A stretch of DNA of 64,000 bases from Candidatus Buchananbacteria bacterium (GTDB lineage Bacteria > Patescibacteriota > Patescibacteriia > 2-01-FULL-39-33), in the NCBI GenBank assembly GCA_903888345.1, contig CAISTG010000007.1:1075-65074 (forward strand), given 5' to 3'. The position numbers and the translations under genes were made by a program. Below the pieces are notes generated by a model that ran no database searches, was not told the DNA's origin, and saw only the letters and a list, made by a program, of their open reading frames with translations. Positions 35,814-45,085 of the stretch are shown here, piece by piece; the first letter of the stretch is position 1, and each line of letters starts with the position of its first letter.

Positions 35814-36701
35814 ATGACAAAAAAGAATTTAAAATATATTATTGCCGTACTGGCTTTACTAGTCAGCTTTGGGATATATTATTTACAAACTCCGAACACT
35901 GGAAAAGTGTTAGGGCAGTTTATCAATGCTTCTTCGACTGATTTGCGGTTAATGTTTTTTGATGTTGGGCAAGGAGATAGCAGTTTGATTATTACGCCAA
36001 ACGAGCAGAAAATTTTAGTTGATGGCGGACCGGATCGCTCACTAATTGGTAAACTCGATGGAGTCTTGCCTCTCGCGGATCGTCGGATCGATTATATAAT
36101 TTTAAGTCATCCTCATGCTGATCATCTGACCGCTCTGCCGGAGGTGCTGCGCCGCTACCAAGTCGGTGCAGTGATTATGACTGGTGCGGCGCATACGGCG
36201 CCCGATTATTTGGATTTTTTACGATTGATTAAAGAAAAAAATATTCCCACCAAAATTATCGAGCAACCACAGGAGTTAGTGATCGATGGAATTAAATTAG
36301 AATTTTTAGAACCGACTAAATCTTTTTTTTCGGCACGACCGGAAAACTTAAATGATAGCTCGATTGTTTTTAAATTAGTTTATGCTTCGACCTCGGCATT
36401 GTATCTGGGTGATTTTGAGAATGAAGAATCGTTAGTCATTAGTTCGACTGTACCTCTGAAGTCTGACTTAATTAAAATTGGCCATCACGGATCGACTAAT
36501 GCCAATGATCAAAGTTTTCTGGCGGCCGTTAGTCCGACCTATGCCGTTATTTCGGTTGGCAAGAATAATAGTTATGGCCATCCGCATTATCGGACACTCT
36601 ACTATCTAAAGCAATTAGGCGCACAGATCTTGCGGACTGATGAACGGGGCGATATATTTTTTACTAGTAATGGCCAGACTCTGCAATCCTTGACAAAATA
36701 A
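35814..36701 (+). CDS. membrane-anchored metallo-beta-lactamase fold hydrolase (ComEC C-terminal-domain-like)
   Basis: N-terminal TM IIAVLALLVSFGIYYL. MFFDVGQGDSSLII. HxHxDH motif ILSHPHADHLTAL. Confidence 0.75.
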   Translation: MTKKNLKYIIAVLALLVSFGIYYLQTPNTGKVLGQFINASSTDLRLMFFDVGQGDSSLIITPNEQKILVDGGPDRSLIGKLDGVLPLADRRIDYIILSHPHADHLTALPEVLRRYQVGAVIMTGAAHTAPDYLDFLRLIKEKNIPTKIIEQPQELVIDGIKLEFLEPTKSFFSARPENLNDSSIVFKLVYASTSALYLGDFENEESLVISSTVPLKSDLIKIGHHGSTNANDQSFLAAVSPTYAVISVGKNNSYGHPHYRTLYYLKQLGAQILRTDERGDIFFTSNGQTLQSLTK

Positions 36702-36779
36702 CACAAATTAAGTAGTATCAGATTGAGTTCGTTGAACTTTACAACTAGTTTAAATGTCTTAAACAACAGGAGCCAGACG

Positions 36780-38171
36780 ATGAAAAGACGTAAAACGCAG
36801 GGATTTGTTGGCGAAAATAAGCTGAAAGACTCTATTGTTTCTTTGCTCGCCGCGGCCAAGGTTAAGGTTCAGGAATTTAATGCTGAAGTCATTACACCCG
36901 CCGTGGACCGTGGTCGCGATTTGACCAAACAGGCCAAACAGAATTTGCAAGCGTTAGCGGAACATCCGCGCGTCATTAAAGCCAAAGAGGTAACTTCGGC
37001 TTCAGCGGAAAAAATGCTGGCCGTGGCCAAGAGTTATTTTCCGAGTTCAGCCAAAGAATTCTGGGCGGTTGATATTGCGCCGGATGGCATTCGCTTGGCC
37101 CGCCTTTCATTGAATGATGAGCAGGACGACGAGGATGATGATGGGCCGCAATATTGTTTGCGTGACTATTATCGGGCCAGTTTTGATGTTGATTTATCAA
37201 AACGTAATTCGGCTGATAGTGACCGAGTCAAACTCGAAGTTTTGCGGAGCTTGCTCGAGCGCGCCGGTGTTAAGAACAAGGATGTTGTGCTTTCCATAAA
37301 TGGTGAGCATGTCTTTACCAGGGTTCGGACTTTGCTCCCCGTGCCTCGCTCCAAGGTGGCGCAGTCAGTTAAATACCAGATTCAGCAACAGATTCCTTTT
37401 GGTCTTGATGATCTCTATATTGATTATGAGGTTATGAAGGTTAATACTGATGGTTCTTATCAGGTACTGATGGCAGCCATCAAGCAAAGTGTGGTTGATA
37501 GGTTTATTGAAATCTTGACGGCAGCGGAGTGTCGTGTGCATGGCGTGACAATCGCGGGCATCGCCGCCTATAATTGGTTAAAATGGCTGGGTGCTATTAA
37601 TAGTACTACTACGCCAACTGCCTTGGTTTTGGTTCGTGCTGGGGTTGGTGAAATCTTTTTGGAAATAGTTTGCGAAGTAGACAATCAGTTCCATTTCACT
37701 AGGCCTTTGAAGATCACTAGTTCGGACAAGTTACAGGCGGCTCGAGTCAAACTCGAGCAGGAGAATAAAAAGCTCAGTGAGGCGGGTCAGGAAGTGAAAA
37801 AAATTCCTGAACTCACCGAAATGATCGCGACCGAAGTTGTGTCGAAAGTTAGTCAGTCCTTTTCATACTTCCGCTCGATACCTGGCGGCAAAGCAATTAA
37901 GCAGGTAATGGTGTTTGGTGCCGAAGCCATCTCCGAACGAATGGGTGGCGTCTATCTGGAGGATTTGTTGACCGATCAGCTTGGTCTGCAGGTGGTTTAT
38001 CCCAATATTTTGCGCGAGCTGACGATTAAGGATGGCGATATTTTGGATCCGGATCAGATGGCCGTGGTGCTGGGACTAGCATTGAGCTGTCAGCAGAATG
38101 CGGCGATTGAAATCAACTTGTTGCCCAAGACGAAATTACAGCAGGCCGTTAGCGCGGTTACTGGTAAATAA
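36780..38171 (+). CDS. PilM-like actin-fold protein with N-terminal extension and C-terminal INLLP (PilN-type) motif
   Basis: ATG at 36780 with aggag SD 7 nt upstream (the track starts at TTG 36723). QIQQQIPFGLDDLYIDYEVMKV and VLMAAIKQSVVDRFIEILTAAECRVHGVTIAG resemble PilM conserved blocks. Ends AIEINLLPKTKLQQ. Confidence 0.6.
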   Translation: MKRRKTQGFVGENKLKDSIVSLLAAAKVKVQEFNAEVITPAVDRGRDLTKQAKQNLQALAEHPRVIKAKEVTSASAEKMLAVAKSYFPSSAKEFWAVDIAPDGIRLARLSLNDEQDDEDDDGPQYCLRDYYRASFDVDLSKRNSADSDRVKLEVLRSLLERAGVKNKDVVLSINGEHVFTRVRTLLPVPRSKVAQSVKYQIQQQIPFGLDDLYIDYEVMKVNTDGSYQVLMAAIKQSVVDRFIEILTAAECRVHGVTIAGIAAYNWLKWLGAINSTTTPTALVLVRAGVGEIFLEIVCEVDNQFHFTRPLKITSSDKLQAARVKLEQENKKLSEAGQEVKKIPELTEMIATEVVSKVSQSFSYFRSIPGGKAIKQVMVFGAEAISERMGGVYLEDLLTDQLGLQVVYPNILRELTIKDGDILDPDQMAVVLGLALSCQQNAAIEINLLPKTKLQQAVSAVTGK

Positions 38172-38190
38172 CAATAATTGTTCGTTAGTC

Positions 38191-38230
38191 GCCCCGTCTC
38201 AGTTTAATAAACTGGCACGGGGCTTTTTTT
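38191..38230 (+). terminator. strong intrinsic terminator
   Basis: Extended hairpin gccccgtctcagttta...taaactggcacggggc followed by a T7 run. Confidence 0.65.
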
Positions 38231-38290
38231 GACTAAAGCCCAAGTATTTGTTATGCTATAAGCATAAATTTACTAGATTAATAAAAATAT

Positions 38291-38668
38291 ATGAGCGACA
38301 AAAAACCTAAAATCTTACTGGTTGAGGATGAGGCGATGATCGTGGAAATGTATAAATTAAGGTTAGAAGAAGAGGGCTATGAAGTTTTGACGACTGATAA
38401 GGGTTCGGAAGCAATTAAATTAGCTTCGTCAGAAAAGCCCGATGTCATTTTGTTGGATATTATTTTGCCGGAAGTTGATGGTTTCACAATCCTTCAAACA
38501 ATTAGATCACAAGTAGCGACTAAGAAAATTCCTGTTTTGTTACTAACTAATTTAGGACAGGAAAGTGATCAGAATAAGGGAACCGAACTTGGAGCTGATG
38601 GTTATTTCGTCAAAGCAGCTCATACCCCGGCAGACATTATTAATGAAGTAAAAAAAGTTTTAAAATAA
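38291..38668 (+). CDS. stand-alone response-regulator receiver (CheY-like)
   Basis: 125 aa. ILLVEDE. Phospho-acceptor context VILLDIILPEVDG. Conserved K in YFVKA. Confidence 0.8.
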   Translation: MSDKKPKILLVEDEAMIVEMYKLRLEEEGYEVLTTDKGSEAIKLASSEKPDVILLDIILPEVDGFTILQTIRSQVATKKIPVLLLTNLGQESDQNKGTELGADGYFVKAAHTPADIINEVKKVLK

Positions 38669-38685
38669 ATAAATAAGCAATTAAT

Positions 38686-39177
38686 ATGATTGAAAGAACT
38701 CTAGTCTTACTGAAGCCCGATGCGGTTAAGCGTGGACTTATGGGAGAAATTATCACCCGCTTTGAAAAAGTTGGTATGAAGATTGTGGCTATGCGCCTAG
38801 TAGCGGTTACCGAAGAACAGGCCAAAAAACATTACACTGAAGATATTTCAATTCGCCGTGGCGAACATGTTCGTCAATATTTGGTAGATTTCGTTGTTCC
38901 GGGTCCGGTTGTGGCGATGATTATTGAAGGTGTTGATGCGATCGAAAACGTGCGCATGATGGTTGGCGCGACTGAACCAAAATCAGCGGTTCCGGGAACT
39001 ATCAGAGGGGATTACTCTCATGTCAGTTATAGTCATGCTGATGCCGAAAAGAAAGTCGTGGCTAATTTGATTCACGCTTCTTCTGACAAAGCAGATGCGG
39101 AAAGAGAAATTGGCGTCTGGTTCGAACCTCAGGAAATTGCTGAGTATAAAACCGTTCACGAAATCCATACTTTATAA
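38686..39177 (+). CDS. ndk: nucleoside diphosphate kinase
   Basis: 163 aa. ERTLVLLKPDAVKRGLMGEII. Active-site region GTIRGDY...NLIHASSD. Confidence 0.9.
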   Translation: MIERTLVLLKPDAVKRGLMGEIITRFEKVGMKIVAMRLVAVTEEQAKKHYTEDISIRRGEHVRQYLVDFVVPGPVVAMIIEGVDAIENVRMMVGATEPKSAVPGTIRGDYSHVSYSHADAEKKVVANLIHASSDKADAEREIGVWFEPQEIAEYKTVHEIHTL

Positions 39178-39181
39178 ACAC

Positions 39182-39218
39182 AAAAAAAGAGTCCGCCGTA
39201 ATAGCGGACTCTTTTTAT
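39182..39218. terminator. bidirectional intrinsic terminator between ndk (+) and rpmB (-)
   Basis: A-run, then agagtccgc-cgtaata-gcggactct, then a T-run. Serves both convergent genes. Confidence 0.6.
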
Positions 39219-39233
39219 AAATAAAAAATAATT

Positions 39234-39401
39234 TTATTTGTTTTTGGTCTTAATGCATTTAGCACAAACCTTAGCCTTAACGCCAGCGATTTTCTTGCTT
39301 TGCATATTGATCTTCATCGTTCTCTTGGTTTTTCGATTTGAGTGAGAGACGTTATTGGCACTAGTAGTACCGCGTCCGCACATTGCGCAAACATTAGCCA
39401 T
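39234..39401 (-). CDS. rpmB: 50S ribosomal protein L28 (Zn-ribbon type, 55 aa; below the ORF-track cutoff)
   Basis: Reverse-strand translation MANVCAMCGRGTTSANNVSHSNRKTKRTMKINMQSKKIAGVKAKVCAKCIKTKNK matches the bL28 N-terminal consensus (C..CGK..T.GNN.SHS.N.TKR) with CxxC...CxxC. Confidence 0.8.
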   Translation of the reverse strand: MANVCAMCGRGTTSANNVSHSNRKTKRTMKINMQSKKIAGVKAKVCAKCIKTKNK

Positions 39402-39521
39402 ATATACTTGTGATTAAGAATTGGTGTTAGTGATTAAAATATTAGCATAATTGTCTAATTAAGTCAAATTTGCTATACTATTAATTATAAATAAAGACAA
39501 TATATTCGTAATTAATTCTAT

Positions 39522-40151
39522 ATGCCTCTAACTTGGCTTTTTTCTGAACCGTTATTCTTTGTTGCTTGGGTGTTGGCGATTATTGCCGCTCTGACCATCC
39601 ACGAGTTTTCCCACGCTTTGGCTGCTTATTGGCTCGGCGACAAAACAGCCGGGGATGATGGTCGTTTAAGCCTTAATCCCTTGGTTCATATCGATTTTTT
39701 GGGATTTTTAATGTTGCTTTTAGTTGGTTTCGGTTGGGCTAAGCCGGTGTCAGTTAATCCTTACAATCTTCGAAATCAGCGCTGGGGGATGGCAATTGTC
39801 TCCCTGGCAGGGCCACTTTCTAATTTATTGGGAGTTTTTGTTTTTGGTCTTCTATTAAAATTTCTATCTCCCTCGTTGGGGGCAGCGAATTTATTGGCAA
39901 ATTTCTTATTTTTGCTAACTTTAGTAAATGTTTCGTTGTTTGCCTTTAATTTGATCCCAATTCCTCCACTAGACGGCTCTAAGGTGCTTTTTGCCGTTTT
40001 ACCCGACAAATTTAACGAATTTAAGGATAAATTTAGCCAATATGGTCCCTATATTTTAATTGGCTTGGTGATTGCTGATGGTTTTTTGCCAGTCAGTATC
40101 TTTGGGACGCTATTTAATGGTATTATTGGCCTCTTATCCGGCTTATTCTAG
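39522..40151 (+). CDS. site-2-protease-like M50 family zinc metalloprotease
   Basis: 209 aa polytopic. HEFSHAL HExxH motif inside a TM helix. Second ligand context LIPIPPLDGS. Confidence 0.7.
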   Translation: MPLTWLFSEPLFFVAWVLAIIAALTIHEFSHALAAYWLGDKTAGDDGRLSLNPLVHIDFLGFLMLLLVGFGWAKPVSVNPYNLRNQRWGMAIVSLAGPLSNLLGVFVFGLLLKFLSPSLGAANLLANFLFLLTLVNVSLFAFNLIPIPPLDGSKVLFAVLPDKFNEFKDKFSQYGPYILIGLVIADGFLPVSIFGTLFNGIIGLLSGLF

Positions 40152-40438
40152 AATTGACTTTTGGGGCGAAATCAGTTAAAATAATAAACGTTGATAGGTG
40201 CTGACTGTCAATGCTAAATATTATCTAAATTTAGTAAAATATTGAAATGGTCCCGATATCCGGTTGGGATTTTTTCGTCTAATTTTGGCGGCTTCGGCTA
40301 AGAACGAGCAGGGGTCTTAAAAATTAGGCGACATTTCTTTTTTAAGGAATAATGATCCCTCGGGTCGACATCTTTTCGCCAGCTAGCGAAAGGATTTGAC
40401 GCTCGGGATGACGTTTTAAGGAATAAATTCTCATTACT

Positions 40439-40864
40439 ATGCCAACTATTAATCAATTGTTGAAAAACCCTAGACGGGCTAAGCCAACCAAATCCAAGAC
40501 TCCAGATTTGCAGTCTACTTTGGACAGTTTGCACCGCAAAAAACGCACCATGAAAAAAGGTAATTCTTTTAAGCGTGGTGTTTGTACTGTTGTTAGAACC
40601 ACTACTCCAAAAAAGCCTAACTCTGCGTTACGTAAAATCGCTAGAGTTCGTTTAAGTAATGGCCAAGAAGTCACTGCTTATATCCCAGGTATTGGTCATA
40701 ATTTACAAGAGCACTCGATCGTTATGGTCCGTGGTGGAAGAGTTAAAGATCTTCCTGGTGTTCGTTATCACATTGTCCGTGGTGTTTATGATGCCGCTGG
40801 CGTTGCTAATAGAAAGAAAAGTCGAAGCTTGTACGGTATGAAGAAAGCTAAGGCTGCCAAATAG
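40439..40864 (+). CDS. rpsL: 30S ribosomal protein S12 (with ~15-aa N-terminal insertion)
   Basis: [49 protein letters not shown]. Confidence 0.9.
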   Translation: MPTINQLLKNPRRAKPTKSKTPDLQSTLDSLHRKKRTMKKGNSFKRGVCTVVRTTTPKKPNSALRKIARVRLSNGQEVTAYIPGIGHNLQEHSIVMVRGGRVKDLPGVRYHIVRGVYDAAGVANRKKSRSLYGMKKAKAAK

Positions 40865-40966
40865 AATAGTCAAAAGCCGAAAGTGGAAAGTCTTTAAGGT
40901 AGTTACCTTTTAAACTTCCCCCACTTTATGACTTTACGACTTTATAAACTTTAAACTACTTATTAT

Positions 40967-41434
40967 ATGCGAGGAAAACCAGCACCAAGAAGAACTATCA
41001 AACCGGACGAGAAATTCGGCCGTGAAGATATCGCCAAGTTCACTAATTATATTATGGAACGTGGCAAGAAAACCATTGCTAAGGGTATCATTTATGAGGC
41101 CTTAGATCTTATTTCTGAAAAAACCAAAGCTGATCCGATTGAAATTTTTGAAGCAGCTATTAAAAATGTTTCACCTTCAGTCGAAATCAAGGGCCGCCGT
41201 GTCGGTGGTGCCAACTATCAAGTGCCAATGGCTGTTCGTCCAGAACGTAGCTATGCTTTGGGTTGCCGTTGGTTAATTGATGCCGCCAAAGCCAAGAAGG
41301 GCAAAAAGATGGCGATTAAATTAGCCGATGAATTGATTGCCGCTTTCAATAATGAAGGTAATGCCATCAAGAAGAAGCAAGATACCTATAGAATGGCTGA
41401 AGCTAATAGAGCTTTCGCTCATTTCTCTAGATAA
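40967..41434 (+). CDS. rpsG: 30S ribosomal protein S7
   Basis: 155 aa. RRVGGANYQVPMAVRPERSYALGCRWLIDAA. C-terminus ANRAFAHF. Confidence 0.9.
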   Translation: MRGKPAPRRTIKPDEKFGREDIAKFTNYIMERGKKTIAKGIIYEALDLISEKTKADPIEIFEAAIKNVSPSVEIKGRRVGGANYQVPMAVRPERSYALGCRWLIDAAKAKKGKKMAIKLADELIAAFNNEGNAIKKKQDTYRMAEANRAFAHFSR

Positions 41435-41486
41435 GATATTTTTTTGAACCTTACATAATTAAAAATCAACCAAAAGGAGTCGTGTC

Positions 41487-41846
41487 ATGATTAGTCAGAT
41501 TGACTTGATGGTAATTCAGCGTCGTGGAGACGATGTTAAATGTACTTATGGCGGGCCCTCCAAAAAAAGAGGCAAGTTTGTTGCTTGGATAGAGTTGTTT
41601 AATGGTGATGATTTTCATCGTCACATTCTCAACACCAATGACATTTTTGATTCGGCAGAGGCGGCCAAGTCTTGGGCCGAAAAGTTCGTGGCGGCTGTCA
41701 GAAAGATGCCGGAAGGAGATTTATTCAAGGCTATTCCACAAGAAGATTTGCTGGTTCTTACTGCAGTTATTGATGAAGTTGTTGCTCTGGAAAAAACATT
41801 GGCACTCGCAGAAAAATCTGCACTCGCAGAGGGAGCTGAGTCATGA
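41487..41846 (+). CDS. hypothetical protein, unit A of duplicated cassette
   Basis: 119 aa. aaggag SD 7 nt upstream. Core FVAWIELFNGDDFHRHI...FDSAEAAKSWAEKFVAAVRKMP is paralogous to 42144..42383. Confidence 0.55.
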   Translation: MISQIDLMVIQRRGDDVKCTYGGPSKKRGKFVAWIELFNGDDFHRHILNTNDIFDSAEAAKSWAEKFVAAVRKMPEGDLFKAIPQEDLLVLTAVIDEVVALEKTLALAEKSALAEGAES

Positions 41847-42106
41847 GTACTGTTGAAGCACGTATCGAGAGATTGAAAAAAAGGTCTGAGATCATTAAGA
41901 AAGCACTGCGACAGGAAGACGCAAAATTAAGGCGCGCACTTAAACGGATTCAGAAGGATTGCCAGCATAAATGGGGCGATTGGCAAGCTGATGGCTTCAG
42001 GATTCTTAGAGAACCCGGTGAAACCTATACGGATTATAGGGTTTGTAATATCTGCGGTCACAAGCAAGAAAAAAGCGTGGTGCATCAGAGACGATCATAT
42101 TATTGA
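41843..42106 (+). CDS. hypothetical coiled-coil / zinc-ribbon protein, unit B of duplicated cassette
   Basis: 87 aa. ATGA overlap with unit A. CQHKWGDW...RVCNICGHK. Paralogous to 42433..42768. Confidence 0.55.
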   Translation: MSTVEARIERLKKRSEIIKKALRQEDAKLRRALKRIQKDCQHKWGDWQADGFRILREPGETYTDYRVCNICGHKQEKSVVHQRRSYY

Positions 42107-42143
42107 TTCTTCAGGTTTATCGACCTAAATGGAGGATACTGCG

Positions 42144-42383
42144 ATGAAGATTAGTGCTCTGGATGTTAGAGCGATTCAGTCTAATGAGGCTGGCATTGAA
42201 GTCAGAAGTTGTTTTCAATATAGTACTGTTGGTTTGTATATAGCAGTAATTGAATTGTGGCGTTCAGGTGCATTTGATCATGAAATAAAAAGAACCCGAC
42301 CATTGTTTGCTTCCGAAGAAGAGGCTCTTGCTTGGGCAAATGGTTTTGTGCAGGCCATTAGAGAGCTACCTATTGTCAGCTGA
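42144..42383 (+). CDS. hypothetical protein, unit A' (paralogue of 41487..41846)
   Basis: ATG 42144 with ggagga SD 8 nt upstream (the track starts at 42129). YIAVIELWRSGAFDHEI...FASEEEALAWANGFVQAIRELP. Confidence 0.5.
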   Translation: MKISALDVRAIQSNEAGIEVRSCFQYSTVGLYIAVIELWRSGAFDHEIKRTRPLFASEEEALAWANGFVQAIRELPIVS

Positions 42384-42432
42384 TTTCTCAAATTATGGTC
42401 ATTGCAATTAACTAGCCAAGAGGAAACAGAAA

Positions 42433-42768
42433 ATGCTAAAGAGTAGACGCGTTTTATCGCCAGCGGGAAAGATAGACCCGCGGAGAAAAAAACTTATTAA
42501 GTTGGCCGTGCAATTGGTAGCGGTCGAAACTCGGGCGAAAAAAGAAAAGCAAGCCATCGAGAAAAAGATTACTAAGTTACGAGATGAGTGTCCTCATGAT
42601 TGGGGAAAGTGGACTCGAGCAAAGCCCCGTAACTACTATGCCGGCAATATCGGTAATTTCTATGGTCAAAGTAAATGCTTTAATAGGTTCAGTTTTCGTA
42701 AGAGGGTCTGCAGTATTTGTGGTAAGATAGAGCATAAGAAAGGCAAGCTAATGTTTCTTTACAGTTGA
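42433..42768 (+). CDS. hypothetical coiled-coil / zinc-ribbon protein, unit B' (paralogue of 41843..42106)
   Basis: 111 aa. CPHDWGKW...RVCSICGKIEHK. Lys-rich helical N-terminus. Confidence 0.55.
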   Translation: MLKSRRVLSPAGKIDPRRKKLIKLAVQLVAVETRAKKEKQAIEKKITKLRDECPHDWGKWTRAKPRNYYAGNIGNFYGQSKCFNRFSFRKRVCSICGKIEHKKGKLMFLYS

Positions 42769-42895
42769 TTTTTTTGAGGCGACTGTTTACGCTTTCGCCT
42801 CTCCTAATTATTTTTTAAAAATTTATATATTTCGCAATGACGACTAAATTCGTTATTTTACATTATAACTTTAAAGACTTTTAACTAATTCATTT

Positions 42896-45028
42896 ATGCC
42901 CCGTAAAACTCCCTTAGAAAAAATTAGAAATATCGGTATTATCGCTCACATCGATGCTGGTAAGACCACCGTTTCCGAACGCGTTTTATTCTACACCGGT
43001 AAAAAACATAAGATTGGCGAAGTTCATGAAGGTGAAGCCACCATGGACTGGATGGAACAAGAAAAAGAGCGTGGTATTACTATTACCTCAGCTGCCACTA
43101 CTTGCTATTGGCCAAATCCTGAATGGTTAGGTGGCGGAGAAATCCAGATCAACTTAATCGATACCCCAGGCCACGTTGACTTTACTGCCGAAGTGGAGCG
43201 CTCTTTGCGCGTGCTTGATGGCGGTGTCATCGTGTTTGATGGTGTTGCTGGCGTGGAGCCACAATCCGAAACTGTTTGGCGTCAATCGGAAAAGTATCAT
43301 GTGCCAAAATTAGGCTTCGTCAACAAGATGGATCGTATGGGTGCTAACTTTTATAACGATTTGAAATCTATTCATGATCGTTTAACAGCTCATGCTCATC
43401 CAATCCAATTGCCAATCGGCGCTGCCGAAACTTTCACTGGTATTATCGACTTGTTCGAAATGAAAGCCGAAATCTACAAAGATGAAATGGGTACCAAGTT
43501 TGAAGAATCTGAGGTCCCAGCTGATGAATTAGAACGCGCCAAAGAATACCGCGCTAAATTAGTTGAAGCCATCGTTGAAACCGACGAAGTTTTGATGGAA
43601 AAATATTTAGCTGGTGGCGAAATTTCTATTCCTGAATTAAAGAAGGCTTTAAGACAAGCCGTTATTGGTAATAAATTAGTGCCAATTCTTTGCGGTTCTG
43701 CTTTGAAGAATAAAGGTGTTCAATTTTTATTAAACGCGATTGCTGATTACTTGCCAAATCCTTTGGATATTCCAGCACCACTGGGCCATGCCGTTGAAGA
43801 TGAAGAAAAAGCGATTCCAGTTTCCGTTGTAGACTCTGTACCAATGGCTGGTTTGGCTTTCAAGATTGCCACTGATCCGTTTGTTGGTAAATTAGTATTT
43901 TTCCGCGTTTACTGTGGCGTTTTGAAATCAGGATCATATATCGTTAACAATAAGAATGGCAATAAAGAACGTGTCGGTCGTATTTTAAGAATGCATGCTA
44001 ACTCGCGTGAGGAAGTTGAGGAAGTTTATGCTGGTGAAATCGCCGCTTTGGTTGGTATTAGAGATGTTACTACGGGTAACACTTTATCCGATCCTTCTTT
44101 CCCAATTTTGTTAGAATCAATTACTTTCCCAGAGCCAGTTATTGATATTGCGATTGAGCCTAAAACAAAAGCCGATCAAGAAAAGATGGCTTTGGCCTTA
44201 TCAAAATTAGCTGAAGAAGATCCAACTTTCCGTGTACATACCGATGAAGAAACTGGTCAAACGATTATTTCTGGTATGGGTGAGCTTCATTTGGATATTA
44301 TCGTTGATCGTATGCGCCGTGAATTTAAGGTGGAAGCTAATGTGGGTGAACCGCAAGTCGCTTATCGTGAAACTATCAAGAGCAAAGCGGAAGCTGAAGG
44401 TAAATACATTCGTCAATCCGGCGGTCGTGGTCAATATGGCCATTGCTGGTTGCGTGTTGAGCCATCAGAACCTAATAAAACTTTTGAATTCGCCGACGAA
44501 ACCAAGGGCGGTTCTATTCCTAAGGAATATATTAAGCCGATTGAAAAAGGCGCTCGTGAAGCAATGGATCGTGGTATTTTGGCTGGTTACACTTTAATTG
44601 ATATTAAGGTAACTGTCTTTGATGGTTCCTATCATGAAGTTGACTCTTCTGAAGCGGCTTTCAAAATTGCTGCTTCGATGGCTTTCCAAGAGGCGACTAG
44701 AAAAGCGACTCCGATTATTTTGGAACCAATCATGAAAGTTGAGGTGGTGACTCCAGAACAATTTATGGGTGATATCATTGGTGACTTAAACTCTCGCCGT
44801 GCAATCATCAACTCCATGGAAGATCGTGGATCGGGAGCGGCAGCCGTTAAAGTCATTAGCGCTCAAGTGCCATTAGCTGAAATGTTTGGCTATACCACTG
44901 CGATGCGTTCCATGACTCAAGGCCGTGCTTCCTCCTCAATGGAATTCTTCCGTTATAGTGAAGTACCAAAGAACGTTGAACAAAAGATTATTGAAGGTCG
45001 TTCTGGTAAAACCACTGAAAGAAAATAA
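42896..45028 (+). CDS. fusA: elongation factor G
   Basis: 710 aa. G1 [21 protein letters not shown]. Domain IV/V motifs. Confidence 0.95.
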   Translation: MPRKTPLEKIRNIGIIAHIDAGKTTVSERVLFYTGKKHKIGEVHEGEATMDWMEQEKERGITITSAATTCYWPNPEWLGGGEIQINLIDTPGHVDFTAEVERSLRVLDGGVIVFDGVAGVEPQSETVWRQSEKYHVPKLGFVNKMDRMGANFYNDLKSIHDRLTAHAHPIQLPIGAAETFTGIIDLFEMKAEIYKDEMGTKFEESEVPADELERAKEYRAKLVEAIVETDEVLMEKYLAGGEISIPELKKALRQAVIGNKLVPILCGSALKNKGVQFLLNAIADYLPNPLDIPAPLGHAVEDEEKAIPVSVVDSVPMAGLAFKIATDPFVGKLVFFRVYCGVLKSGSYIVNNKNGNKERVGRILRMHANSREEVEEVYAGEIAALVGIRDVTTGNTLSDPSFPILLESITFPEPVIDIAIEPKTKADQEKMALALSKLAEEDPTFRVHTDEETGQTIISGMGELHLDIIVDRMRREFKVEANVGEPQVAYRETIKSKAEAEGKYIRQSGGRGQYGHCWLRVEPSEPNKTFEFADETKGGSIPKEYIKPIEKGAREAMDRGILAGYTLIDIKVTVFDGSYHEVDSSEAAFKIAASMAFQEATRKATPIILEPIMKVEVVTPEQFMGDIIGDLNSRRAIINSMEDRGSGAAAVKVISAQVPLAEMFGYTTAMRSMTQGRASSSMEFFRYSEVPKNVEQKIIEGRSGKTTERK

Positions 45029-45045
45029 AGTCTCATTATATAAAA

Positions 45046-45080
45046 ACACGCTCGGATTAATTTCCGAGCGTGTTTTTTTA
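45046..45080 (+). terminator. intrinsic terminator after fusA
   Basis: acacgctcgga-ttaatt-tccgagcgtgt followed by a T7 run. Confidence 0.6.
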
Positions 45081-45085
45081 TGTCC

